A DNA stretch of 64,000 nt from an uncultured Clostridia bacterium. GTDB taxonomy: Bacteria; Bacillota; Clostridia; Christensenellales; Aristaeellaceae. The DNA is taken from NCBI GenBank assembly GCA_944362695.1, contig CALVTQ010000124.1, positions 34,620 through 98,619 of the forward strand, in the 5' to 3' direction. Both the position numbers and the translations under genes were made by a program. How positions within the stretch are numbered: the first letter of the stretch is position 1; each line of letters starts with the position of its first letter. Shown here one piece after another: positions 53,242-62,919 of the stretch. Below the pieces are notes generated by a model. The model was not told the origin of the DNA. It was given only the letters and a program-made list of their open reading frames with translations, and did not search any database.

Positions 53242-54340
53242 GACGGGCGTCGCGCTGGCTGTCGCGGCGGCGCTGCTGCTGGCGTTGGGCTTTTTGTGCA
53301 TGGCGGGCGTGGGGGACAACCTGCAATACGTGCTGCCCGCGCCGCAGACGCTTTCGCAGGCATACGAGCAGGCGCAGCGGCTGCTCTCCGGCATGGGCGA
53401 GACCGTGTCAACGCCTGCTGTCGCGGCGCGCGCACAGGGCGTGAGCATACAAAACGCCCAGAACGGCGAGGCTGCGGAGGCGACGGTCTACGCCGTGGGC
53501 GAGGGATATTTCGATTTTGCGCACGTCACGCTGCTCGAGGGGCGGCTGCTCTCGCCCTATGACATCGCCAACGCGCAGCCGGTCGTGCTGCTGGACAGCG
53601 GCGCGGCGCTGCGGCTGTTTCGCGGGGATTCGCCCATCGGCGGCAGCGTGACGATCGGCGCGCAGGCGTATCGCGTCGTGGGCGTCGTCGCGGGCGGCCG
53701 ACGCACCGGCGAGACGGACGAGCACGTCGCCTGCATCCCCGTCACGGCGGCGCAGGACATGGACACGCTCGAGATCGCGGCGCGCGGCTCCGGGGCGGCG
53801 GCAGCAGCGATATTCGAAAGCACGCTGCGCGCATGGCAGGGCGGCGGCACGTTCTACTTTTATGAAAAGCTGAAGATGGGCGCGTGGCTGCCGCTGCGCT
53901 GGGTGCTGGTTCTGCTGGCTGCGCGTCTGGCGGCGGCGTGTCTGCGCGGCATCGTGCGCTATGCAAAGGGAAGCGCGCGGACGTTTGGCGAGCGGCTCAA
54001 GCACAGCTACGCGGGGGCGCTTATGCCGTTCGCGCTCTTGCGGATGATGCTGGGCGCGGCGATGTGCGCGGGGCTGGCGGCGCTTTTGTGGGGCATCGCG
54101 CTGGCGGCTGCGCAGCCGCTGTACATGTTCGGCGAGTGGGTGCCGGGCGTGTTCGTCGAGCTGTCCTCGCTCGAGCAGACGTTCTGGAATTTGAACGATT
54201 TGAACGCGGCGGGCGTGCGGTATATGAGCCGGGACGCCTGCGTCATGGAGCTCGCGCGCGGTCTGATCCGCTGGGGGACGCTCTGCGCGCTGCTGGGCGC
54301 GGTGTGCGGGCGGCGCAAAGCGCGCGAAGAATCTGCATAA
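53231..54340 (+). CDS. MacB/FtsX-like ABC permease (periplasmic-core domain plus 3 C-terminal TM), no cognate ATPase adjacent
   Basis: TM1, then ATVYAVGEGYFDFAHVTLLEGRLLSPYDIANAQPVVLLDSGAALRLFRGDSPIGGSVTIGAQAYRVVGVV (MacB_PCD-like), then three hydrophobic segments. Overlaps the upstream gene by 11 nt. Confidence 0.65.
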   Translation: MRSKTGVALAVAAALLLALGFLCMAGVGDNLQYVLPAPQTLSQAYEQAQRLLSGMGETVSTPAVAARAQGVSIQNAQNGEAAEATVYAVGEGYFDFAHVTLLEGRLLSPYDIANAQPVVLLDSGAALRLFRGDSPIGGSVTIGAQAYRVVGVVAGGRRTGETDEHVACIPVTAAQDMDTLEIAARGSGAAAAAIFESTLRAWQGGGTFYFYEKLKMGAWLPLRWVLVLLAARLAAACLRGIVRYAKGSARTFGERLKHSYAGALMPFALLRMMLGAAMCAGLAALLWGIALAAAQPLYMFGEWVPGVFVELSSLEQTFWNLNDLNAAGVRYMSRDACVMELARGLIRWGTLCALLGAVCGRRKAREESA

Positions 54341-54443
54341 AATGTCCGTCCGATGACGAAAAAACACGGCGGCCGGCGGCTTTGACGCGCTGGCTGCTTT
54401 TTGTGTGCGATGCGAAGTGCTTCAAACCCGGCCCTGAAAAATG

Positions 54444-54472
54444 TTGACAACACACATACCGGGTGATAGAAT
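54444..54472 (+). promoter_or_regulatory. Sigma-70-type promoter ~470 nt upstream of tagG-like gene
   Basis: TTGACA (54444-49), 17-nt spacer, TAGAAT (54467-72). Confidence 0.55.
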
Positions 54473-54945
54473 TATTGAGGATGCGCATGTGCGATGCGGA
54501 TTCTGTCGGAGAATGAGCGTACATATATTTTGAAATATAACCGAAATTCGGGCGCATGGGCTGAGTGCTGATGCGCCGGTTCCTGAATGGATGAGGCGGA
54601 TTCGCCATCAAAACCGAAGGGAGGGATGCAGCGGGCGGCAGCTTAAAAGGCATGATTTGACACGGATTTTATGGGCAATTCAGGGACCGGGACGGCGGAT
54701 GTGACGCCGCGCCCCAGACGGATGAACAATGGAGACGGCCATGCAGAAGCCGGCAAAGCCTGCGGCGTTCGCGCTCGAGGAAGAGCGCACGGCCAGGCGG
54801 CGAGGCGAAGCGCATGGCGGCTTTTCTTAAAAGCATTGAATAATACAGACAGCCGTCCGGCGCTGCGGTTTTGCGCGGCGAGGTCTGCTGCGGCATCCCG
54901 CTGCATGAGGCGGGTGCTTCTTCCCGTTGGCTAGGAGGGTAAGAA

Positions 54946-55713
54946 TTGAAACAGAAATTGAAGAATTACAGCTTTCTTTTTGAAGAGCTGGTCAAGCGCG
55001 ATTTCAAAAAGAAATATAAGCGGACGGTGCTGGGCATGCTCTGGAGCATCCTCTCGCCGCTTTTGACGCTGCTGGTGATGCGCCTTGTATTCATGGAGTT
55101 CTTCGGGCGCAGCGTCGAGCATTATACCACATACATCTTCTGCGGCAACCTGATCTTCTCGTATTTCAATGAATCCACGTCGCAGGGCATGACGTCCCTG
55201 ATGGGCAACGCACCGATCTTCACGAAGGTGAACGTGCCCAAATATCTGTTCCTGCTGTCCAAGAACGTGCAGGCGCTTTTGAACTTCGGGCTGACGCTGC
55301 TCGTGTTCGTGGTGTTCTGCTTCCTTGACAAGATTACGTTCACGTGGCGCGTGGTCATGCTGATCTATCCCATTGTCCTGCTGCTCTTGTTCAACATCGG
55401 CATGGGCCTGATTCTGTCGGCACTGTTCGTGTTCTTTAGGGATATTCAATACCTGTAGAGCGTCTTCACGATGCTGCTGATGTACATGTCCGCGATTTTC
55501 TACACCCTCGATCCGTTCAGCGCGCAGGCCCAGAACCTGTTCCTGCTGAACCCGATCTACGTCTTCATCAAGTATTTCCGCCAGATCGTCATCGACGCGG
55601 CGATCCCGTCCCTCGGGCTGCACATGCTGATGCTGGCGGACGTGGCGATCGTGCTGGGCATCGGCTGCTGGATGTACAAGAAGTACAACACCAAGTTCCT
55701 GTACTATGTGTAA
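54946..55713 (+). pseudogene. tagG: ABC-2 type polysaccharide/teichoic-acid export permease (TagG/Wzm-like) with in-frame TAG at 55456-55458
   Basis: TTG start after AGGAGGG. ORFs 54946..55458 and 55471..55713 share one frame, and the frame is open across the TAG (FFRDIQYL-TAG-SVFTMLLMYMSAIFY). Confidence 0.75.
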
Positions 55714-55725
55714 CGGAGGGCGTGT

Positions 55726-56499
55726 ATGAGCATACTGGAAGTGCATGACGTCTCCATCCGCTATATGACAGGAGACTTCAAGGAAATCGGTTTGAAGGAA
55801 TACGTCACGCGGAAGCTGACGAAGAATTACAAGGTCATTGAGTTCTGGGCGGACAAGGATGTGACCTTCACGCTTGAAAAGGGCGACATGCTGGGCATCA
55901 TCGGCGCGAACGGCGCGGGCAAGAGCACGCTGCTCAAGGCCATCTCCGGCATCATGGAGCCCACGAAGGGTTGGGTGAAGCGCGAGGGCAAGATCGCCGC
56001 GCTGCTGGAGCTGGCCAGCGGATTTGACGGGGATCTGACCGTGCGCGAGAATACCTATCTGCGCGGGGCGATGCTGGGCTACACGCGCAAATTCATGGAC
56101 GACACATATGGGCAGATCATCGAATTCGCCGAGCTCAGGGAGTTCGAAGACAGGCCGTTCAAGCAGCTCTCCTCGGGCATGAAGAGCAGGCTCGCGTTCT
56201 CCATCGCCAGCCTCGTCGAGCCGGATATCCTGATCCTGGACGAGGTGCTGTCCGTGGGCGACGGTGCGTTCCGCAAAAAGAGCGAGGCGAAGATGCGCGA
56301 GATCATCAACGGCGGCGCGACGACGATTCTGGTGTCCCATTCGATTGAACAGGTGCGCGAAATGTGCAGCAAGATTCTGTGGCTGCACAGGGGACATCAG
56401 GTTGCCTTCGGCGACGACGTGAAGGGCATCTGCGACCAGTATCAGGCGTTTCTGGACGGCAAGCTGAAGCTCGACGCCAACGGCAAGATACTGGCCTGA
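55726..56499 (+). CDS. tagH: Polysaccharide/teichoic-acid export ABC ATP-binding protein (TagH/Wzt-like)
   Basis: Walker A GANGAGKST, signature LSSGMKSRL, Walker B ILILDE. Confidence 0.9.
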   Translation: MSILEVHDVSIRYMTGDFKEIGLKEYVTRKLTKNYKVIEFWADKDVTFTLEKGDMLGIIGANGAGKSTLLKAISGIMEPTKGWVKREGKIAALLELASGFDGDLTVRENTYLRGAMLGYTRKFMDDTYGQIIEFAELREFEDRPFKQLSSGMKSRLAFSIASLVEPDILILDEVLSVGDGAFRKKSEAKMREIINGGATTILVSHSIEQVREMCSKILWLHRGHQVAFGDDVKGICDQYQAFLDGKLKLDANGKILA

Positions 56500-56532
56500 G
56501 CGCATGAGGGCCAACCACAATTCACACAAAGC

Positions 56533-56573
56533 GGCTCTGCTCCGGCAAAGAAACCGGGGCAGGGCTGTGTTTG
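56533..56573 (+). terminator. Hairpin terminator after tagH (weak T-tract)
   Basis: GGCTCTGCTCCGG-CAAAGAAA-CCGGGGCAGGGCT followed by GTGTTTG. Stem arms are nearly identical to the terminator at 45777. Confidence 0.5.
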
Positions 56574-56662
56574 ATGAACGACGATGCGCCGCGTAAGACG
56601 CGCCTTCCGTTGTGTTTTGCGCGGATTGCCCCGATTTGAAGCGAGGAAACGCCGCTTTCCGG

Positions 56663-56691
56663 TTGACGCGATTTTACGAGGATGATATACT
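56663..56691 (+). promoter_or_regulatory. Sigma-70-type promoter for GH31-GH43
   Basis: TTGACG (56663-68), 17-nt spacer, TATACT (56686-91). Confidence 0.55.
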
Positions 56692-56766
56692 TTTATATTG
56701 GAAAACCTTGATGCCGTCTGGCGGTCCGACGCGGCGGCGGAACACACGGAAAGGAAGAAAAAGCAC

Positions 56767-58752
56767 ATGTTCACACAGGTTGACCATGCCCTTCATTACC
56801 GCTGCGACAACGAATTGCTGCGCATCGAGCCGTGGGGGCCGGACGCCTTCCGCGTGCGCGCGACATGCGCGGCGGACTTCACCGGCGGCGAGGATCACGC
56901 GCTGCTGCCCGCTGCGCCCGTGGCCGCTGACATCCACATTGGCGAGCGCGGCGCGAGCATCACAAACGGCCGCATCCGCTGCGAAATCGACTGCTTCGGC
57001 GTGATGACCTTCCTGCGCGACGGCGTGCCTGTGCTGCGCGAATACGAGCGCAACCGATATGCGCCCTCCGACCGCCCGCTCTGCTCCGCGCTGGAGATCC
57101 GGCCGCGGATGTTCGCGCCGTACCCCGGCATGCCCAACAGCCGCCTCACCGTGCGCTTTGAAGCCAATGACGGCGAGAAGCTCTTCGGCATGGGCCAGTA
57201 TCAGCAGAAGCAGCTCGATTTGAAGGGATGCACGCTCGAGCTGGCGCACCGCAATTCGCAGGCGAGCGTGCCGTTCGTCGTGTCGAGCCTTGGCTACGGC
57301 ATGCTCTGGAACAACCCGGCCATCGGGCGCGTGACGTTCGCCCATAACGTGACCGAGTGGGTCGCCGAATCGACGAGCCAGATGGACTACTGGGTCTGCG
57401 TGGGCGGCACACCCGCGCGCATCGAGGAGCTTTACTCCGCCGCGACGGGCCGCGCGCCCATGATGCCCGATTATGCGCTGGGCTTCTGGCAGAGCAAGCT
57501 GCGCTATCAGACGCAGGAGGAGCTGCTCACCGTCGCGCGCGAGTATCACAGGCGCGGCGTGCCGGTGGGCGTGATGGTCGCGGACTTCTTCCACTGGCCG
57601 CATCAGGGCGATTGGCGCTTTGACGAGGACCTTTGGCCGGACGTGAAGGCGATGTGCGACGAGCTGCACGCGATGGGCATGAAGCTGATGGTCTCCGTCT
57701 GGCCGACCGTAGAGGAGGGCAGCGAGAACTACCGCGAGCTGCTCGAGCGCGGCTATCTCGTGCGCTCGGATTACGGCAGCCGCCTGCGCCACCTGGGCAA
57801 CGCCTGCTATCTGGACGTGACCAACCCCGGCGCCCGCCGCTTCCTCTGGGATAAACTCGAAAAGAACTACCGCAGCCTCGGCGTCGATCTTTTCTGGCTG
57901 GACGAGGCCGAGCCGGAATACACCGGCTATCCGTACAGCAACATCCGTTACAGCGTCGGTTCGGACCTTGAGAAGGGCAACCTCTATCCGCGATGCTATG
58001 CGCAGATGGCCTGGGATGGCTTCGCGGCCGAAGGGCAGGACGCGCTCAGCCTCATCCGCTGCGCATGGGCGGGCAGCCAGCGTTACGGCGCGCTCGTGTG
58101 GAGCGGCGACATCGAATCGACGTTTGACTGCATGCGCACGCAGCTCGTCGCGGGCCTGAACATGGGGCTTGCGGGCATCCCGTGGTGGACGATGGACATC
58201 GGCGGCTTCCACAACGGCGACACGCGCGACTCGGCGTTCACCGAGCTGCTCATCCGCTGGTTCCAGCTGGGCACGTTCTGCCCGGTCATGCGCCTGCACG
58301 GCGACCGCGAGCCGCACAGCCAGCCCCTGACCGGCAAGGGCGGCGGCGCTGTCGGAAGCGGCGCGGCAAACGAAATCTGGAGCTACGGCGAGGAGGCCTG
58401 CTCCATCATGAAGCGCATGATCGCCCTGCGCGAAAGCATGCGCGATTATCTGCGCAAGACCATGCGGCAGGCGCACGAGAGCGGCCAGCCCGTCATGCGC
58501 ACGCTGTTTTACAACTGCCCGGACGATCGGGCCGCGTGGGAGATCGACGACGAGTTCTTCCTGGGCGACGACGTGCTCGTGTGCCCCGTGCTCACGGCGG
58601 GCGCGCGCAGCCGCAGCGTCTATCTGCCTGCGGGGCGCTGGCGCGGGCTGTGGGATCACAAGATTTACGAGGGCGGCACGCGGTTTGACGCGGACGCGCC
58701 GCTGGACATCATCCCCGTATACATCAAAGAGGGCAGGCTCGCCGAACTGTAA
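56767..58752 (+). CDS. GH31 alpha-xylosidase/alpha-glucosidase-like hydrolase, cytoplasmic
   Basis: GVDLFWLDEAEPE, WSGDIESTFDCMR, GIPWWTMDIGGF motifs. ATG 56767. Confidence 0.85.
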   Translation: MFTQVDHALHYRCDNELLRIEPWGPDAFRVRATCAADFTGGEDHALLPAAPVAADIHIGERGASITNGRIRCEIDCFGVMTFLRDGVPVLREYERNRYAPSDRPLCSALEIRPRMFAPYPGMPNSRLTVRFEANDGEKLFGMGQYQQKQLDLKGCTLELAHRNSQASVPFVVSSLGYGMLWNNPAIGRVTFAHNVTEWVAESTSQMDYWVCVGGTPARIEELYSAATGRAPMMPDYALGFWQSKLRYQTQEELLTVAREYHRRGVPVGVMVADFFHWPHQGDWRFDEDLWPDVKAMCDELHAMGMKLMVSVWPTVEEGSENYRELLERGYLVRSDYGSRLRHLGNACYLDVTNPGARRFLWDKLEKNYRSLGVDLFWLDEAEPEYTGYPYSNIRYSVGSDLEKGNLYPRCYAQMAWDGFAAEGQDALSLIRCAWAGSQRYGALVWSGDIESTFDCMRTQLVAGLNMGLAGIPWWTMDIGGFHNGDTRDSAFTELLIRWFQLGTFCPVMRLHGDREPHSQPLTGKGGGAVGSGAANEIWSYGEEACSIMKRMIALRESMRDYLRKTMRQAHESGQPVMRTLFYNCPDDRAAWEIDDEFFLGDDVLVCPVLTAGARSRSVYLPAGRWRGLWDHKIYEGGTRFDADAPLDIIPVYIKEGRLAEL

Positions 58753-58776
58753 ATCAAGCCAAAGGGGGCTGTTTTC

Positions 58777-60293
58777 ATGCGCGACGTGAAGGCCGCGACC
58801 GGCACGAACCCCATCATCCCCATGGATTTCCCCGACCCGGACATCCTGCGCGTGGGCGACACGTATTACATGGTCACGACGACGATGTATTTCATGCCCG
58901 GATGCGACATTCTGCGCTCGCACGATCTGATCCACTGGGAGTTCTGCACCCATGTGTATGACGCGCTCGAGGATACGCCCGCCCAGCGGCTCGAGGGCGG
59001 TGCAAACGCCTACGGCAAGGGCATGTGGGCCGCGAGCCTGCGCATGCGCGGCGATACATTCTATATCAGCTTCATCGCCAAGGACACGGGCAAGACGTAT
59101 CTCTACGCCGCGGACAGCGTGGAAGGCCCGTGGCGTAAGGGCGAGATCGAGGGTTTTTATTACGACAGCTCGCTCTTTTTTGACGGCGATGGCCGCGCCT
59201 ACATCGTGCACGGCAATGCGCAGGTGTACATCACCGAGCTTCGCGACGACCTGACCGGCCCCAAGCGCGGCGGGCTCAACCGCATGATTGCCGACAGCGG
59301 GAAGGGCGGTTTTCTGGGCTACGAGGGCTCGCACTTTTACAGGATCGGCGGGCGGTATTATCTGTTCGTCATCCACTCGCGCAGGGATCGCTGGAAGCGC
59401 GTGGAGTCCTGCTTTTCATCGGACAGCTGACCGGCGAATTCACCGGCGGCGTGGTGTTCGAGGACGACATGGGCTTTTTTGACCAGGGCGTGGCGCAGGG
59501 CGGCGTGATCGACACGCCGGATGGGCGCTGGTTCTGCTATCTGTTTCAGGATCGCGGCGCGGCGGGCCGCATGCCCGTGCTCATCCCGATGAAATGGGAA
59601 AACGGGATGCCCGTGATCGGCGAAGACGGCAAAGTGCCGCTCACCGTGCAAAACCGCTGCGAGCGTCCCGGCTGGACAGCCGCTCCGCTTTACGGCGGCG
59701 ACGATTTCATGGGCGAAATGAAGCACTTCTGGGCGTTCAACCACATCCCCGACCGCGCGCTGTGCGGCTATGGCGGCGGGCGCTACGTCATCCGCTTCGG
59801 CAGGACGTGCGGCGATATCACGCAGGCCATCAACACGCTGACGCAGCGCACGCTCTATCCCGGCTGCTTCGCGGCGGTGACGGTGGATGGCAGCGGCCTT
59901 CGCGACGGCGACACAGCCGGAATCTGCGCGCTGCAGGACCGCTGGGCGTTTGCGGGCATCATGCGCGAGGGCGGGAAGCTCTATGTCACGGTGCGCGCGA
60001 AGAACGAAAATGACCCGGCGGCGGGCGCGCAGATCGAGCGCTTTCCCGCGCCGGGCGAGCGCGTACGGCTGGGCGTGCGATTTGATTTTGAAAACATGCG
60101 CGACGAGGCGTCCTTCTATATGCGGCAGGACGGCGCGTGGCGCGCGATTGGCGGAGGATACCGCCACAAAATGGCCTATCTGCTCACGCATTTCACCGGC
60201 TACCGCATCGCGCTCTTCGGCTTTGCGGCGGAGGCGGCGGGCGGCTGCGCGGCGTTTGAGGACTTCGCCTACGAGACGGATGGGCCGCGCTGA
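58777..60293 (+). pseudogene. GH43 beta-xylosidase/alpha-L-arabinofuranosidase with -1 frameshift near 59424-59430
   Basis: NPIIPMDFPDPDILRVGDTYYMVTTT..., EGSHFYRIGGRYYLF in frame 1. Sequence continues as LTGEFTGGVVFEDDMGFFDQG... in frame 3. TGA at 59428-30 arises only from the shift. Confidence 0.8.
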
Positions 60294-60303
60294 CAGACGG
60301 CGT

Positions 60304-60346
60304 AAAAAGCACAGGCATTGCCGCATGGACGTGCCTGTGCTTTTTT
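60304..60346. terminator. Bidirectional terminator between convergent GH43 and GH2
   Basis: AAAAAGCACAGGCA pairs perfectly with TGCCTGTGCTTTTT (60304-60346). Confidence 0.8.
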
Positions 60347-60461
60347 GCATGGATTTTTTGACAAGCCGCGCGTGCGTCATGGCGTCTGCGCGGGACGGCG
60401 AAGGCGCTCAGGCATCCTGCCCGCCGGCGCGCTCGGGCGCGGCATGTTCGATTTTGACACA

Positions 60462-62845
60462 TTACCTTGCGTCGCCGCCAAGCCACGCGATGGCGGCCTG
60501 CGCGCTGCCGAAGGGGCTGGAGGCGAGCACGCGGACGTCGCCGCCGCCCGTGGTCCGCACGATGGCGAGCGCCTCGCCGTAATACGTGTCCGTCGTGTCG
60601 CCGAGGAAGCCGTCGGGGTTGTAGGGGCAGGCGTGGCCGAGCGCCAGAAGCGCGCCGTTTTCGACCCTGACCGAGATTCGCCCGCGCACGAGCGGCTTGA
60701 GCTCGCCGTTATCGTCCGTATAGCGCAGGCGGACATAGCAAAGATCGCCCGGCGCGGCGCTTGCGGTCTCCGGGACGAGCGTCAGGCGCGTCTCGCTGCC
60801 CGCCGTGTGAAGCGATGCGCTCGCGACGGTTTGGCCGCGCCCGTCATAGGCGACGGCGCGCAGCTCGCCGGGGATGAACGGCGTTTTGAAGATGATGCGG
60901 CAGTCCCGGCCGCGGCGCTTGGCGGCGACGCGTTTGCCGTTGATGAAAAGCTCGACGCGGTGCGCGCGGGTGTAGACCTCGACGGTGGCCGTCTCGCCCT
61001 CCATGCCCGCGAAGCTCCACGACGGGATGGCGTCGGTCAGCTTCCACGCGGAGGGGGAATGGCGCTTGCTGCCGCGCCGGACGGGGACGACCGCCAGAGA
61101 CAGCGCATCCAGCCCATATGCGGCGCGGGTGTAGAGCAGCTCGCCGCCCGCGCGGCCCGTGATGTCAAGCCGCCCCGAACCGGCGGTCAGCCAGCCCGGA
61201 CCGTGGGAAAAGTCCGGCGCGTAGTCGCGGTACTCCCATGCGCCGATGCCGGCCTCGCCGAGGTAATCCATGCCCGACCAGACGAAATCGCCGATGAGCG
61301 CGGGATGCTCGCGGGCCATGTCGTAAAACGCGCGGGCGTCGGCGCAGAAGGTCTCCGTGCCGAGGATGACGCGGTCGGGATAACGCCGGATGTCGGCGAG
61401 ATAGCGCCGGATGCCGTAGTTGTACCCGGCGATGTCCATGACGGCGTATGCGCCGCGCGTCTTGCGTCGCTGCCGTGCAGGGCCGCGCCGAGCTTCATGA
61501 ACGACGCGCCGAACACGCCCGCGACGGCGTTGTAAAACTCGCTCCCGGCCATGGCCGCGATGCCGCGCTTTTGGGCGGGCCTGCTCGCTTTTTCGTCGCT
61601 GTACACGCCCAGGCCCAGCGAGAACAGATAATTGAAGAATATGTTGACGCCGCAAGTGACCGGGCGCGTGCCGTCCGGCTCGTGCAGGCGGCGCGTCATG
61701 GCGGCGGTCAGGGCGATGCCGCGCGGCTGGGCGGTCTCGGCGACCTCATTGCCTGTGGAATAGAGGATCACGCTCGGGTGGTTGTAATCCTTGTCCACCA
61801 TGTCGCCAAGGTCCTGCGGCCACCACGCGCCGAGCTCGTCCGCGTAGTCGTATTTCGTCTTGTGAATGTACCACATGTCGGCGTATTCGTCCAAGACGAG
61901 CATGCCGAGCTCGTCACAGGCGTCGAGCAGCGCTTTGGAGCAGGGATTGTGCGCGGAGCGGACGGCGTTGTAGCCCGCGTCGCGCAGAAGCCTGATCTTG
62001 CGGCGCTCGGCGAAGGGTTCGGCGGCAGCGCCCAGCGGGCCGTTGTCGTGATGGATGCACGCGCCGCGCAGGATGACGCGCTCGCCGTTGATGCACAGGC
62101 CGCGCTGCGCCGTGCACTCGACCGTGCGCACGCCGAATGTGACCTCGTCGCTGTCCTCGCCGAAATCGACACGGCAGACGTACAGCGCGGGATCATCGCA
62201 CGACCAGAGCGCCGCGCCGGGCAGCGTCATGGCGATCCCGGCGACGCCGTCCGTGTGCGCATGGGCATGCCAGAGCACGTCTTCTTCGCCCTTTCTGCGG
62301 ATGCCGACGGTGAGCTCGCCGGGGGCGCTGGTCCTGATCTGCACGGCGATGCGGCGCGCGGCGGCGTCCAGCGTGGTGACGCGGATGCCGTTTAATAAGA
62401 TGTGGCGCGCGGGCAGGGTGTACAGGCTCACGGGGCGGTAGATGCCCGATCCGGTGTACCAGCGGCTGTTGGGCTGCTCAGCATTGCGGGCGACGACGCG
62501 CAGCACATTTTCGCCGGGGACGATGTGCGCCGTCAGGTCGGCGTAAAACCGGATGTAGCCGTAGGGGCGTCCGGCGATGCGCTCGCCGTTGAGAAAGACC
62601 TCCGCATTGCGGTAGACGCCCTCAAATTCGGCGAGGACGCGGCCTCCCGGCGGGACTTCGGCGGTCAGCCTGCGCTCGTAGACGTAATCGCCGCCGGCAA
62701 ACCAGCTGATGTTCGCGCCGCCGGGGTTGTCCGCCGCGCGCGGTTCGGCGAGCATGGCGTCGTGGGGAAGATGGACATAACGGCGGCTTTCCTCGCGGCC
62801 GGTCTTCCAGAACAGCCAGGTGTCGTTGAGCGGGATTTTTCTCAT
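60462..62845 (-). pseudogene. GH2 beta-galactosidase-like hydrolase with 1-nt frameshift near 61461-61468
   Basis: N-part (from ATG 62845): NDTWLFW, GVYRNAEVFLNG, NAVRSAHNP, DYNHPSVILYSTGNEV...FMKLGAALHGSDA. C-part in another frame: KTRGAYAVMDIAGYNYG...WSGMDYLGEAG... to TAA 60462. Confidence 0.8.
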
Positions 62846-62890
62846 CGTGCGCACCTCTCTGCGGCGGGTCGTGCATTTGTCTGCAAAACT

Positions 62891-62919
62891 ATCATACGAT
62901 ATCCGGCCCGTAAGTGCAA
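62891..62919 (-). promoter_or_regulatory. Sigma-70-type promoter for GH2 gene
   Basis: On the minus strand: TTGCAC (62919-62914), 17-nt spacer, TATGAT (62896-62891), ~45 nt upstream of the ATG. Confidence 0.55.

Noticed and set aside
54617-54830. Tiny ORFs in the tagG leader (MQRAAA, and a 29-codon ORF at 54741..54830) as real genes
   Set aside because: Only weak RBS support, with no conservation information and no recognisable peptide class. Kept only as a note inside the leader finding.
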